A DNA stretch of 64,000 nucleotides from a virus (IMGVR_UViG_3300028608_000012:13792-77791); one strand, 5' to 3'; counted from the first letter of the stretch, positions 40,421-50,895 are shown. Numbers and translations are program-made. Notes: generated by a model not told the origin, from the letters alone.

Positions 40421-40897
40421 ATGCGATTGCTTATTGTGCTGTTATTGGCTTTCTTTGCTTCGGCAGAGTGCACCATCGCCAGTGCAGATATCATGGCTGG
40501 GATACCTAAGGATAAACAAGAAGAGGTACTGCTGAGTTGTGACACGGAAGCTGGCAAGAGTTTGCTGGTACTGCGTGACGCTGCAACGGATACCTTCACG
40601 ATCCTGTACGGTAAGGATTTGGTCCAGCCTGAACAAATAGTAGTCAAACTAGGCAATGACATGGGTACCTCCTACCACCACTCCGCGTCGGAAGCAACCG
40701 ACTCTCGAGAGATCTACTCGGCGGATGGTAAACAGTTCACTACCGTGGGCTACATGGATAAGGCAGGCGTCATATCAGCGTATTACAAATTACAGACTGG
40801 TGTGACGGTGTTGATCTCGGATAAGTGTACTGCCAGCAGTGTGAGCAGTGCATTTGACTTCTCTGAGAAATTCTCCAATATGACCGAAGTTGACTAG
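40421..40897 (+). CDS. Secreted/periplasmic protein (158 aa)
   Basis: Sec-type signal peptide MRLLIVLLLAFFASA; AAGGAG RBS. Confidence 0.75.
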   Translation: MRLLIVLLLAFFASAECTIASADIMAGIPKDKQEEVLLSCDTEAGKSLLVLRDAATDTFTILYGKDLVQPEQIVVKLGNDMGTSYHHSASEATDSREIYSADGKQFTTVGYMDKAGVISAYYKLQTGVTVLISDKCTASSVSSAFDFSEKFSNMTEVD

Positions 40898-40903
40898 GAC
40901 AGC

Positions 40904-40943
40904 GGGGAGGAAACCCTCCCCCCTGCCTCTTCTTTATTTTTTT
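40904..40943 (+). terminator. Intrinsic terminator
   Basis: GGGGAGG-AAAC-CCTCCCC followed by a T-tract. Confidence 0.65.
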
Positions 40944-40964
40944 GCCCTAAAACAGGAGTGCACT

Positions 40965-41699
40965 ATGAACCGCTTCCGTATGGCGGACCGTCAGAACTTC
41001 GAACTCTTCCAAGGTACTCTTAATGTGGTAGGAAACCACTTACCCCTGGACTTTATCTTCCGTATTTTTAACCACATGAAGAAAAACCCAGAAGGTTACG
41101 ATCATGCATGGCTCTACAACGCTCTGTGCGCTACCAAGGACCTCGCACAGTTGCATTCCCTACCTGAGGGTGCTCTTCACGTAATGTACGCTGTAACGAT
41201 GCTCATGGAGACTGGCAGGACCTATGATGGTTCTACGCCTACAGATGCAGCCGGTGCCTTTGCCGTAGTCTTCTTGAATGAGCACGCCGACCGTTTCTTC
41301 GAAGACGAGGAAATTGAAACCATCTACAAGGCCTGTCGCCGAGTCAGTGTCATGAACATGCGGCCATCCGTGGACACCACGATTGCTGTGATTGCTAACG
41401 AAGTGAGATTGTTAACTGACGTCTTTTACCCAGACCCCACAAAGATGGTGGTGGACTTTGTCAGAAACAATTCTACGCCTAATCTTGCCCCCATGGAACC
41501 TGATGAATGGTGTCAAGCTCTGGCGAGAAGTTTTGCCGAACGCTTTGGACGACGTGGAACGGCATGGAAAATGCTGCCCGTAATGGTCCTCAACAACAAG
41601 CAGGAGCAGTTAAGGAACTTCCAAGCATTGGCTGATGACGAGAATTATATCACCGAGCTTGTGAAGAATAACTATAACCGCATTTTTGCTCGTAGGTAA
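40965..41699 (+). CDS. HD-domain-like protein lacking the metal ligands (~244 aa)
   Basis: AGGAG RBS; MLMETGR where LLHDIGR is expected; F..EEIETI..AC helix pattern. Confidence 0.6.
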   Translation: MNRFRMADRQNFELFQGTLNVVGNHLPLDFIFRIFNHMKKNPEGYDHAWLYNALCATKDLAQLHSLPEGALHVMYAVTMLMETGRTYDGSTPTDAAGAFAVVFLNEHADRFFEDEEIETIYKACRRVSVMNMRPSVDTTIAVIANEVRLLTDVFYPDPTKMVVDFVRNNSTPNLAPMEPDEWCQALARSFAERFGRRGTAWKMLPVMVLNNKQEQLRNFQALADDENYITELVKNNYNRIFARR

Positions 41700-41703
41700 C
41701 AGT

Positions 41704-42132
41704 ATGTCAGAGTTCATCATGAATTTGATAACGGGCGTGATCTGGCTAACCGTTATTCTCTTACTGGTGATCAGGCGAAAGGAGCGCCGTGGATTACTCT
41801 ACGGTTTGACTTTAACCGATGACGGTATGACGTTCTGGTACAGATTAGGAATCTACGCCGGGACGGTAACAATGATTCGTGATGTGTTGGTGAAGGAACC
41901 TCAGCTGTCCGGAAATGTTTTAGGCTGGGTGTGTCGCTTCCCTGTGCGTTACACAAATAAGGAGATGTGTAACTACATTAGGGCCTATGCCCCTCACTGT
42001 TCAGACTTAGAACCCCACTCTCAGGATCTTTGGATCTTTAATGAGGTTGTGAATCGGAACAACAACGCACTGATCAGCATTTATGGTCAGGTATATGTGT
42101 TCGACAATCGCGATGGTAAAGGCTTTTATTAA
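41704..42132 (+). CDS. Membrane-anchored hypothetical protein
   Basis: N-terminal TM LITGVIWLTVILLLVI followed by RRKERR. Confidence 0.7.
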   Translation: MSEFIMNLITGVIWLTVILLLVIRRKERRGLLYGLTLTDDGMTFWYRLGIYAGTVTMIRDVLVKEPQLSGNVLGWVCRFPVRYTNKEMCNYIRAYAPHCSDLEPHSQDLWIFNEVVNRNNNALISIYGQVYVFDNRDGKGFY

Positions 42133-42140
42133 GTTGCAGC

Positions 42141-42180
42141 TATAACCCCTCCCAGCCTTTGCGGGCTGGGAGGGGTTATA
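42141..42180. terminator. Bidirectional hairpin, related to the hairpin at 13690
   Basis: TATAACCCCTCCCAGCC-TTTGCG-GGCTGGGAGGGGTTATA. Confidence 0.85.
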
Positions 42181-42187
42181 TTCATGC

Positions 42188-43096
42188 TTAACCCAGGTAG
42201 TCGCCTGCCTCGGCCGCTACGGTTGCTTTCGCCGCCGTCATGCGTTCGATGGTACCAGCGTTGGTCAGGTTTTCCAGAACCGAAGTACGTTCCTGGAAGC
42301 CAGCCGGCGCAGTTACCGCGTCAGGGTTGAACAGTGGGAGCAGTTGCAGCATTTTGCGAGCGATCTGTTTCACCGCGAGGGTGTCCATTTCGATCACGCC
42401 GGTGAATTCCATCTCGATAGAACGGATCTGGTTTTCATCGGCTTTGTTGCGCTTGATCTCGATCGGAACGGTCGTGGTCGGCTGACCGGCAACCAGGATA
42501 GCAGCGTGAGCTACGTCCTTCATGTTGCGGGTTGGCTCGAAGTAGATCGCCGAGTACGAGGTGTCGTCGAGCAGCATGTCTCCCGGATCGTCCAGGATGA
42601 CCATCTTGGCGTTCAGGATCTCAGGATCCATAACACCCCAGCGCGACCAGGTCTTCAACATGTGAGTGAAGACTTCACCTTCCACGTCGTAGGCCTTGTG
42701 AGTCACGCTGCCCAGGCTACGAGTAGCGCCGGTAGCGACGGACATTTTGTGACCTGTCCACTCCATCGAACCGAAGTTGATTTCTGTGGAGTCACGGATG
42801 CCGCTCCATTCCTGCGAACGGTTCTCGAAGAACGCCTTGCACAGGGAATGGAGTTTGTTGCCGCCTGGGAGACGGGAGAAGAAGGCCGGGGTGCTCAGAA
42901 CGATACACCAGCCCTGTTGAGACACATGTGGCTGGGCCGACATGTACTCGAAGATGTTGCCTGCCCAGCCGTACATGCCACCGGCGTCGCCATCGATGAC
43001 TGGACGGTTACCGAGGTCCAAGGCCTCGACAAACGGGTCACTCGTTGGCATCAACGTGGTGTCTGTACGGTGCGGGTAGTTAGTATCAGCAGCCAT
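42188..43096 (-). CDS. Tail tube protein (phiKZ gp30-like)
   Basis: Follows the sheath gene; ~300 aa; strong codon bias. Confidence 0.75.
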   Translation of the reverse strand: MAADTNYPHRTDTTLMPTSDPFVEALDLGNRPVIDGDAGGMYGWAGNIFEYMSAQPHVSQQGWCIVLSTPAFFSRLPGGNKLHSLCKAFFENRSQEWSGIRDSTEINFGSMEWTGHKMSVATGATRSLGSVTHKAYDVEGEVFTHMLKTWSRWGVMDPEILNAKMVILDDPGDMLLDDTSYSAIYFEPTRNMKDVAHAAILVAGQPTTTVPIEIKRNKADENQIRSIEMEFTGVIEMDTLAVKQIARKMLQLLPLFNPDAVTAPAGFQERTSVLENLTNAGTIERMTAAKATVAAEAGDYLG

Positions 43097-43109
43097 AACT
43101 ACTTACTCC

Positions 43110-45281
43110 TTACGAGTTGGCCAGATCTTCTTCGTTGTAGGCGAAGAGGTCCAGGTTCATCATGTACTTACCCTTGTTGAAGTAAGCATGGGCGATGGTG
43201 TTCATCACAGCACGACCACCCGGCTGGGTTTCGTCGTAGCTTGGTACGAACGTGATGGACTTGCACAGGCCACCGAGGCGATCGCGGCACTTACGCTCCG
43301 CGCCGTCTTTGAAGTTCGCCACGTAGTCGGAAGCCGACAACGAGGTGTCACCGCAGACGTTGTTCCACTCGTCTTGTGCAATCTTTTCGATGCACACGCA
43401 GAGGAAGTTGGTGACCAGGTCCTTCAGCACGGAATCCGCGTTCGGGTACAGGGTGACCAGGGACGGACGGAACAGCGTTTCCACGTTGCGCGGACGCAGA
43501 GTGATACCGCCGTTGATGAAGTTGTCACCGGCAACGAAGTCTTCCTCGAACTCGATGTTAGGCGAGTGCATGGTACGCAGGTTGCGGTTGTCCTTGCTGT
43601 CCGGACTGAACGCTGCACGGATCACACCAGCGCCGTTACCGGCGAACAGTGCGAACGCGTAAGCCAGGTCGAGGTTACCCGACATTGCTTCGCCGCTCTT
43701 CTCGTCGATCACATACGCTTCGATGAGGTTGATGGACGAACGGCAGGACGGAGTCCCCCAGTAAGTCGATTCCGGGAACAGCTTGGCTTGCGCGGACAGC
43801 GAAGTGAATCGCGAGTACACGTCGGCCAGGGTGTTGGTCTTGCCAGGCACGTACACCGTCGCATCAGGGATAACGATGATGTCTTTACGGCTGGCCAGCA
43901 ACTGCACCGCGAGGTCTTTAACTTCCTGGGAGAAACCAACGTCCCAGTAGAAGGATTGACGGTTCTTGGTGTAGTTCTTGGTCTCGGTGCCCGCGAGGTA
44001 CTCGGTCATGTCCAGAGCCATCAGCTTGTTGTTCACTTGCCAGGCTTGTTCACTTGTGATCGGGTACTTGGCGTTGGCCAAGACGTTGAACGGATCGTCG
44101 ACTGGATCAACGACCACGTACTCCGGCAGCTCGCCATCGGCGTTCAGGAACGGAGATACGCCACCGGTGGCTTTAACCGAACCGGTCATGTCCCAGGACA
44201 CAGCGCCGGCGTTAACCAGAGAGAAGTACGGGGCACCAGTGTGGTTCACGCAGGTGAACGGGTTCATCTGCTGGTACGGGAACTGGCTGGTATCAACCAG
44301 AGTGGTGTTGTTCGGCTCTTCGACCGCGTACATTGCCTGGCACAGCGCAGTGATCGAGTCTTCGTAAACGTGAACCGAGTTGAACGGTTGCTGAACAGGA
44401 ACAACCTTACGGTTGACGTTCGTGCCGGTGAACTGACCGAAGCCGTCCTTGATGCCGTACTTGGTCTTGTTCAGTTCAGTCTTGAACAAGGTGTAGGTAA
44501 CGGTTTCCAGACGTTTTGGCGTCTTGGAGAACGAACGAGAACCAGCTTCGGTCTCGGTGAACATCTTCAGGTCGAACGGGAATACACCCGTAGCAACTAC
44601 GAAGTCCGAGATTTGACGCCAGTTGAGCGCGTTGTCCGGAACACCGGTCACCAGGCCGCCGCGGTTGTAGACGTCACCCACACCGGCTACCGCTTCGTAA
44701 AGCGGGTAAACGATGGTCTCAGGGATAGCCGGGATTTGGCCGTTGGCCGGAACAGCGGCGATGGTACGACGCTGGAGGGCGCCAACCGCAACACCTTTCT
44801 TCGCTTCAGGATCAGGTTTGATCTCGATGCTCAGTGCGGTGGTGAACGATTCGCCGGTTGGAATCTTCTTCCCTTCTGCGTCACGCTTGAACTTGCCGGC
44901 CAGGTCACGCTCGTAGTCTGGCAGAGTCACCAGCTGAACGAACGCAGAGATCGCCACACGGGCAACTTCTTTGTTGGCAGACAAACGACGAACACCGATG
45001 GCCGCTTGTTGGCCCAAAGCGAGCTGAGAGATCAGCGCGGCGTTCGGGTTGTAGAACGGGGTGTTGTGGTCGAAAACGTTACCGAATTTCTTTTGAAAGT
45101 CGGAAGTGGCGATCCACTGAGTACCTTTGTCGTCAGCCAGATCACCCACGGGGGTCACCATGGAAATCACTGGAAGGTGCAGCGGATACGTCGGCTCGGA
45201 GATGGTGTAATCGGGGATCGACTTGTCGTTGATACCACGATTATTCACTTTCCCCGGAATGATGCTGTTAAGAACAGTCAT
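43110..45281 (-). CDS. Tail sheath protein (phiKZ gp29-like)
   Basis: GINDKS, PLHLP, YWDVGF, PESTYWGT motifs; 723 aa; strong codon bias. Confidence 0.85.
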   Translation of the reverse strand: MTVLNSIIPGKVNNRGINDKSIPDYTISEPTYPLHLPVISMVTPVGDLADDKGTQWIATSDFQKKFGNVFDHNTPFYNPNAALISQLALGQQAAIGVRRLSANKEVARVAISAFVQLVTLPDYERDLAGKFKRDAEGKKIPTGESFTTALSIEIKPDPEAKKGVAVGALQRRTIAAVPANGQIPAIPETIVYPLYEAVAGVGDVYNRGGLVTGVPDNALNWRQISDFVVATGVFPFDLKMFTETEAGSRSFSKTPKRLETVTYTLFKTELNKTKYGIKDGFGQFTGTNVNRKVVPVQQPFNSVHVYEDSITALCQAMYAVEEPNNTTLVDTSQFPYQQMNPFTCVNHTGAPYFSLVNAGAVSWDMTGSVKATGGVSPFLNADGELPEYVVVDPVDDPFNVLANAKYPITSEQAWQVNNKLMALDMTEYLAGTETKNYTKNRQSFYWDVGFSQEVKDLAVQLLASRKDIIVIPDATVYVPGKTNTLADVYSRFTSLSAQAKLFPESTYWGTPSCRSSINLIEAYVIDEKSGEAMSGNLDLAYAFALFAGNGAGVIRAAFSPDSKDNRNLRTMHSPNIEFEEDFVAGDNFINGGITLRPRNVETLFRPSLVTLYPNADSVLKDLVTNFLCVCIEKIAQDEWNNVCGDTSLSASDYVANFKDGAERKCRDRLGGLCKSITFVPSYDETQPGGRAVMNTIAHAYFNKGKYMMNLDLFAYNEEDLANS

Positions 45282-45399
45282 GGAGAACCTCGTAGATGTC
45301 CTGTTTGTGGGTCCTAAAACAATCGTATGCTAGCCATTTCTGGGCCGTACAGTGTGTTATACCACTGGCACATAACATGTTATTTTTAGAGGTAACCTC

Positions 45400-46278
45400 A
45401 TGCTGATCAACGCCTATGACACCACGGTCGGGAAACCCTTCAAGGCCACTGACAAGGTTGAGAGTACTATCAAGACCCTTCATGTGACCCGCAATCTCAC
45501 CCCGACGAAGAAGCCTGGGGTGTTTGTAATTACTCATGAAACCGATCTCCCTATTCCCGTTTTCGCCTTTCCAATCACCATGGAAGGGTTCAATCGTCAG
45601 ATGATCACCGTCTATGACGAACGTCCATTCCGCAACAAAAGCAACGCCATTGTAAACCAAAACGAAATCACCATCATGCGCTTGGCAGCGTTCCTGCAAC
45701 ACGACGTAGCCGAAGGTGATGTGGTTCCGTTGAAGAACTGCCGACTGATGGCGACCAAGGCGTTTGCTGAAGCTTTCGGTAGCCGCCTGATCAAACGTGC
45801 TGGTCTGGACGTTAACGCCGGCATGACCATCAAGGTGCTGCTGGCGTACTTCATGATCTGCACTCAGGAAGATGTAACCACCGATCTCGAGCTGTTGGCC
45901 TTGAACGTAATCCGTTCGATCTACGGCACCGAGAAAGGTTACATCCTGGGTATCGTTGAAGGCCTGCCGAAGATGTCTACGCTGCAAGACCTCTACGAAG
46001 CCATCCGTGCTAACCCTGTGCTGTATCAACTCAAGGGTGTGGAGTTCAAGGACTTCATGGCTCTGCTGGGTGGCATCACGTTCATGGCACTGGGCAGCAA
46101 GATCATCATTGCCGCCGCTGAAGCACCGTCGTTGTTTACTGCATTGGTGTATGGTGCAGCTCGTTACAAACTGTATGCCAAGACCCCGTTGGGGATGGCG
46201 TTGGATCCTAAATACAACAAGGGTGTACTGGAGTCGTTTACCAAACACATCGACTACACCTACGACCTCAACGGGTAA
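45400..46278 (+). CDS. Virion structural protein (phiKZ gp28-like)
   Basis: Divergent from the sheath gene; gene order. Confidence 0.7.
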   Translation: MLINAYDTTVGKPFKATDKVESTIKTLHVTRNLTPTKKPGVFVITHETDLPIPVFAFPITMEGFNRQMITVYDERPFRNKSNAIVNQNEITIMRLAAFLQHDVAEGDVVPLKNCRLMATKAFAEAFGSRLIKRAGLDVNAGMTIKVLLAYFMICTQEDVTTDLELLALNVIRSIYGTEKGYILGIVEGLPKMSTLQDLYEAIRANPVLYQLKGVEFKDFMALLGGITFMALGSKIIIAAAEAPSLFTALVYGAARYKLYAKTPLGMALDPKYNKGVLESFTKHIDYTYDLNG

Positions 46279-46283
46279 ACATC

Positions 46284-48953
46284 ATGGGTATTCGTGGACC
46301 GGAAGATAATACACCGCTGGTCAAATACACGGACGATCGACTCTGGTCTAATCCGGAAGAAAACCAGCAGTACCAGGTAAAGCTTAATCGCATTACCGAA
46401 GAGTACGGTTACAGTAACAACTTCAGCTACATGAACAAGTGGCGGACTGTGCCGAAGAAGAATACCTTCTACCACGTGTTCTCGGCGGGGGGTTTGCATC
46501 CTGGGTTCTGGAACTTCAAGAACAACACCTTGCGTCGTAACCCGCTGGATCGTTGGGTAAACCTGGGGCTGTTGTGTAAGTCTCGAGGTTTGCTGACCGA
46601 CGTGTATTCGACTAAGGGCTACATGCAGAGTCGCAGTCACTGCTGGATCATGGTTACCTACGACGGGCTGGTGCTGATCGCTATCGAGAAGTTGACCAAG
46701 ACCCTGATTCTTGATGGCGACGACATGCACTTCCGCTGCTACACCCCTTCGGTGTTGGTGGACAAGAGCGATGCCGTTATCAATGAGACCGGTAACCCGT
46801 ACATCTTCGAAAGCTGTGTGTACGAGAACCCTGGGGAGTACAGCGTATTCCTCGGTCGTTATAACGCTGTGAAGGCACGTCCTGGTTATACCGGGCTGTT
46901 CCATAACGGTGTGACGATCAATGGTACTCCTACGGCGGTCACCCCCATTGCACCGGGTGACGTGATTGAGTTCTGGCATGACCCGACGGTGATAGGGACG
47001 AAGCTGTATTCATACAACACCTTGCAGGCGTTCTATTCCGAACTCGACCTGAAGAACAAGGTCATCCTTCACCCACCGAAGATCAAGGGCGACTTCACCC
47101 TCCGTTACTTCGACGACAACGATTACTTCCTTGTCGGCAAGAAGTCCCATGCACTGTACATCCACCGTAACGCCGAGTCGACGGTTCGCCAGTTAACTCA
47201 TGCGGATGTGGCCATTGCGGATGACGTGATTCGGACGGCCTGTAACTTCCACCCTGATCTGTCTGCTATTGCATCCAACAAGATCCTGGTGTTGATTCGC
47301 AAGACCAACTGGGAGTTCCAGTGGCCTCATGAGCATCAACGTATCCGTTACCTGTACCGGATGCCTGATGCGGACATCATGAAAGCCATGGTTGACGCTC
47401 GGGCTAATATGCCGGAATGGACTGCCAAGCAATTGGAACAAGGTCCGGTGATGTCTCTGCTGCGTAAACAGTGGAAGAACGTTAAGCGTGAAGACGCGAT
47501 CCTGTCGGTAGGCTACAACGCCGCCACACGCGTTCTGAGCGAGACGCCGGTTCGAGCGACCTACGAGTTGGGTAGTCGAGGTGTCGACGTCCCTGTGACC
47601 TACCAGGGGGCCTGTACAGCCTGGGAGCATGATGCCAACGGCAAGTTGCTGGAATGGCGCAACATGACGGGTATCCTGTACTACTCGCCGAAGAACCCGG
47701 CCTGTGCCATGGTAGAGTTTACCATGGGGTCGACCGGCCGTGACCTGGACATGCGTATCACCAACCAGGACGTGGCGGTTACCAAAGACTGGGACTACCA
47801 GGTCTACATCGTCAACTGGAACATCAACATCCAGGATATCGTCGGTCCTTGGACCAATGTCACTGGCGACGTGACCAAGTATCGGATCGAAAACGGTACG
47901 TTGGTGTGGACAGGTCTGGATCGTGTCAACAAGCGTGGCATCCTGATCAGCAACAAGAAGATCCTGGGCTACAAGTTCCAACTGGAACACATCGACCACA
48001 GTTTGGCGTTTGCTATCACGGACATCTATCCTGATGGTGGGCATCTGACTGGGCTGACGTGGGCGCAGATCGACATCTGGGTTAACGGGCATCCGTTGAT
48101 TGATAAGGTTGACTGGATCTACGACGACCAGTACTGCTACATCAACAACAAGGAGTTCCTCGTAGATGGCCCTCAAGATATTGTTGTGCGCGCTATGGGG
48201 CTCGGTAAAGATGTGGTGCTACCGAACTCTGACACCGAACTCGGATTTGTGGATGGCGGTGTTATTGGCCGCGTTGACCGTTACAATCTGCGTGGTGATC
48301 GAGTCACTCGTACGGTTATCAATGGAGCCCTTTACCTGACCGATGAAGTACCACGGGCAGAGCGAGACGTTCCGGATGACATTGCTAACCCGCTAAACGG
48401 TAGACCGTACATGGTTAAACATGTCTGGTGTCCGATTCGATTTGTGGAGGATCACAACCAACTCCCTTATCGTCAGCGCAGCCGGGATGTTGACCAACGG
48501 GTCAGTGATTACCTCACGCTGTGGTTGGAAAAGCCACGGAACAACGCTGAGGAGATTCACTGGGAAAGCGGGGACCCTCTACGTCCGAACGGTTCTGGTG
48601 TAGCGGTTATCGCGAACCTGCAAGACAAGTATCGGTTGTATAGCCCGTTTATGAACGTCGTGGTAAACGGCGTGCTGAATGGCTTGATCAGGCTGCCGAA
48701 TAAGACGAGTGGGGAGACTTACTACAGCGACCAGGACGTACAGGATGCGGTTAGACCTTACCTCTGGTGGTTGCGGTACGATCCAATCGTGCTGAACTAC
48801 GATCGTCGTTACTTTGCGATCACACCGTTTGCAAACTTCGGTAAGCTGACGGTAACGGACAAACAACTCATTTTCTTCAAACAGGTGAACGACCTCTACC
48901 TGAGTTCGGTTACTGTGATTGAGGGCTATTTCGAGGTAACCCCTAATGTTTGA
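46284..48953 (+). CDS. Virion/baseplate structural protein (phiKZ gp27-like, 889 aa)
   Basis: Size and position between the gp28-like and gp26-like genes. Confidence 0.7.
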   Translation: MGIRGPEDNTPLVKYTDDRLWSNPEENQQYQVKLNRITEEYGYSNNFSYMNKWRTVPKKNTFYHVFSAGGLHPGFWNFKNNTLRRNPLDRWVNLGLLCKSRGLLTDVYSTKGYMQSRSHCWIMVTYDGLVLIAIEKLTKTLILDGDDMHFRCYTPSVLVDKSDAVINETGNPYIFESCVYENPGEYSVFLGRYNAVKARPGYTGLFHNGVTINGTPTAVTPIAPGDVIEFWHDPTVIGTKLYSYNTLQAFYSELDLKNKVILHPPKIKGDFTLRYFDDNDYFLVGKKSHALYIHRNAESTVRQLTHADVAIADDVIRTACNFHPDLSAIASNKILVLIRKTNWEFQWPHEHQRIRYLYRMPDADIMKAMVDARANMPEWTAKQLEQGPVMSLLRKQWKNVKREDAILSVGYNAATRVLSETPVRATYELGSRGVDVPVTYQGACTAWEHDANGKLLEWRNMTGILYYSPKNPACAMVEFTMGSTGRDLDMRITNQDVAVTKDWDYQVYIVNWNINIQDIVGPWTNVTGDVTKYRIENGTLVWTGLDRVNKRGILISNKKILGYKFQLEHIDHSLAFAITDIYPDGGHLTGLTWAQIDIWVNGHPLIDKVDWIYDDQYCYINNKEFLVDGPQDIVVRAMGLGKDVVLPNSDTELGFVDGGVIGRVDRYNLRGDRVTRTVINGALYLTDEVPRAERDVPDDIANPLNGRPYMVKHVWCPIRFVEDHNQLPYRQRSRDVDQRVSDYLTLWLEKPRNNAEEIHWESGDPLRPNGSGVAVIANLQDKYRLYSPFMNVVVNGVLNGLIRLPNKTSGETYYSDQDVQDAVRPYLWWLRYDPIVLNYDRRYFAITPFANFGKLTVTDKQLIFFKQVNDLYLSSVTVIEGYFEVTPNV

Positions 48954-50667
48954 CCAATCCCCCTTGTCTAATGCGATTCAGGCAGTAGCAGGTACGAACA
49001 TCAGCCCCTTCAACACAGGGGAACGCAAGAACTTCCACTACATCGAAAACGTCTACGACCCGGATATCCATCCGCCTAGTGACCTGACGAAGTACGTGGT
49101 TCCTCAGGAAGGGGAGTTGGTATTCGACACCTCTAACGGTGTCATCTACTTTGTGGCCAAGGTAGATTGGCAGGGTACCCTGAAGTCGACGCTGGTGCCT
49201 TGGCGCTTGCAGAACATCGACGAAGGTAACACCACCGATCAGGATTACATCTACGGTCTCCGCGGTGGTCCTATGGCTGGTGAAGCCCTGCTGTCGATCG
49301 ACTACTCGGTCCGTCCAAACGTGGCGCGTGTGGATTCCACCATCATGCGTCCAGGTGCAGCGTATGCCTACGTCTACCTGGGCAGTGCTGCAATCGAGTC
49401 GAACATCATCTCGGCTCAGTACGACCAGTCGTTGAACATGATCAGCAAGAAGGTTCCAGTCCAACTGGCGTTGATCAACGAATACACCAATATGTCGATC
49501 ATGACCTCTGGTGCGTTCAGCGTGACCAAGAACGAAGAGGCACTGCCTGACGGTGAACGTGCCTGGCTGGTGTTCTTCGACGAGGGGAATAACTTCATTC
49601 CTCCTGCTCAGCCGTTGATGGTTCAGCATTCGTCGTACATGAAGGACCACAACATCGGCGTCAAGTACGTCACTGGTGTGGAACTGATCTCGCCTTGGTT
49701 CACTCGCATCAACGATCCAGATCGTCTGATCATTCCAGTCAACGTGCAGTTGGCGTCGGTTGAACTGCGTGCTATCACGCATTACTCCGATGGTTCGACC
49801 TCTGCACCCGCTGCGGTCAACGGTGGCGAGTACAGCCTGTTGGGTGTGTCCGAGTATCGTCCGAAGTTCCCTGGTCAAACGGGTGATGTGGTTCTGGTCA
49901 AGAAATTGGCTGAGAACGAACAGCATTACATCGCACAGCCGGGTAACCCTGACTTCGTTCGTCATACCTACACCTTCGAGGCCGGTGCAGCCAAGGGTGC
50001 TTACAGCCCGCGGATCTTCTCCTACCCTCAGTGGGACGCGTCGCTCACGGGTTATCGCTTGCAGCATTACCTGTACGACCTGGACCGCAAGACGTTCATC
50101 GACGTCACCGCCGTTGTTACTTACAACGACAAGAGCCCGGTCTACAAGCCATCTGCGTATGGCCTGTCGCAAGCGTTGATCTTCAACATCAACCTGAAAG
50201 ATGTCGCTCCAACGTACGAGTCGGTGCCGTTCATTCAGCATACCGAAGTCGTTCTGTTGAAAGACATCAACGGTCCTGGCGACCGCTGGCAGGTGAACTA
50301 TGCCTACGGCAAGCCAACCTACGCCGCGAAGAGAGCTGTAGCGACGAACAACGGTGCTCTCACCAAGTTCAATATCGCCAACGGCCAAGACGAAGTGAAC
50401 GAGTGGCTCGACGTGATGTACTGGTCGGTCCAACCGAGCTACGACGTCTTCAACGAAGACAAGGCTCCAACTCCTACGCACTTCGACCTCATGCACGAAG
50501 ACGGGCGCAAATGGCGGTATCCGCTCAGCGCCTGGAATCAGGACAATGGTATCACCATTTCCATGCAGAAGGGTAAGACCTGGTACATTTGCTGGGTTAA
50601 CAAGAACGCGTCGGGTGTTGAGCTGCAACTCGGCATGACCGGCGTTACGGTGGAGTTGGCACCTTAA
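48946..50667 (+). CDS. Virion/baseplate structural protein (phiKZ gp26-like, 573 aa)
   Basis: Beta-rich ORF upstream of the terminase. Confidence 0.7.
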   Translation: MFDQSPLSNAIQAVAGTNISPFNTGERKNFHYIENVYDPDIHPPSDLTKYVVPQEGELVFDTSNGVIYFVAKVDWQGTLKSTLVPWRLQNIDEGNTTDQDYIYGLRGGPMAGEALLSIDYSVRPNVARVDSTIMRPGAAYAYVYLGSAAIESNIISAQYDQSLNMISKKVPVQLALINEYTNMSIMTSGAFSVTKNEEALPDGERAWLVFFDEGNNFIPPAQPLMVQHSSYMKDHNIGVKYVTGVELISPWFTRINDPDRLIIPVNVQLASVELRAITHYSDGSTSAPAAVNGGEYSLLGVSEYRPKFPGQTGDVVLVKKLAENEQHYIAQPGNPDFVRHTYTFEAGAAKGAYSPRIFSYPQWDASLTGYRLQHYLYDLDRKTFIDVTAVVTYNDKSPVYKPSAYGLSQALIFNINLKDVAPTYESVPFIQHTEVVLLKDINGPGDRWQVNYAYGKPTYAAKRAVATNNGALTKFNIANGQDEVNEWLDVMYWSVQPSYDVFNEDKAPTPTHFDLMHEDGRKWRYPLSAWNQDNGITISMQKGKTWYICWVNKNASGVELQLGMTGVTVELAP

Positions 50668-50700
50668 TGTTATACGTGTAATCCCTCATCGGAGAAATGT

Positions 50701-50895
50701 ATGACCTCGCAAGTTAAGACCTCTGCACACTGCGCTAGCAACAAAGAAGTCGTGGTTCGTGTAACCAACATTGTCACAGGTGAACAGATCGAGGAGTACG
50801 TCCTGCAAAACGGCGAATCCCGCGAACTGGCCGTCTGGGATGATCGTGCTGTCACGTCGTTCGAGCGCTTGAAAGAAGTACCGGCTGCAGAGTAA
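50701..50895 (+). CDS. Small beta-rich hypothetical protein (64 aa)
   Basis: GGAG RBS; own terminator. Confidence 0.7.
   Translation: MTSQVKTSAHCASNKEVVVRVTNIVTGEQIEEYVLQNGESRELAVWDDRAVTSFERLKEVPAAE

Noticed and set aside
43188-45317. 709-aa ORF antisense to the tail sheath gene; similar long antisense ORFs at 206-1612, 25629-27524, 27534-29315, 30979-32463, 34369-35280, 48943-50628 and 60539-61609
   Set aside because: These are in-register shadows of strongly biased genes that avoid TTA/CTA/TCA codons; their composition is unnatural (V/H/Q/R-rich) and they show no motifs.
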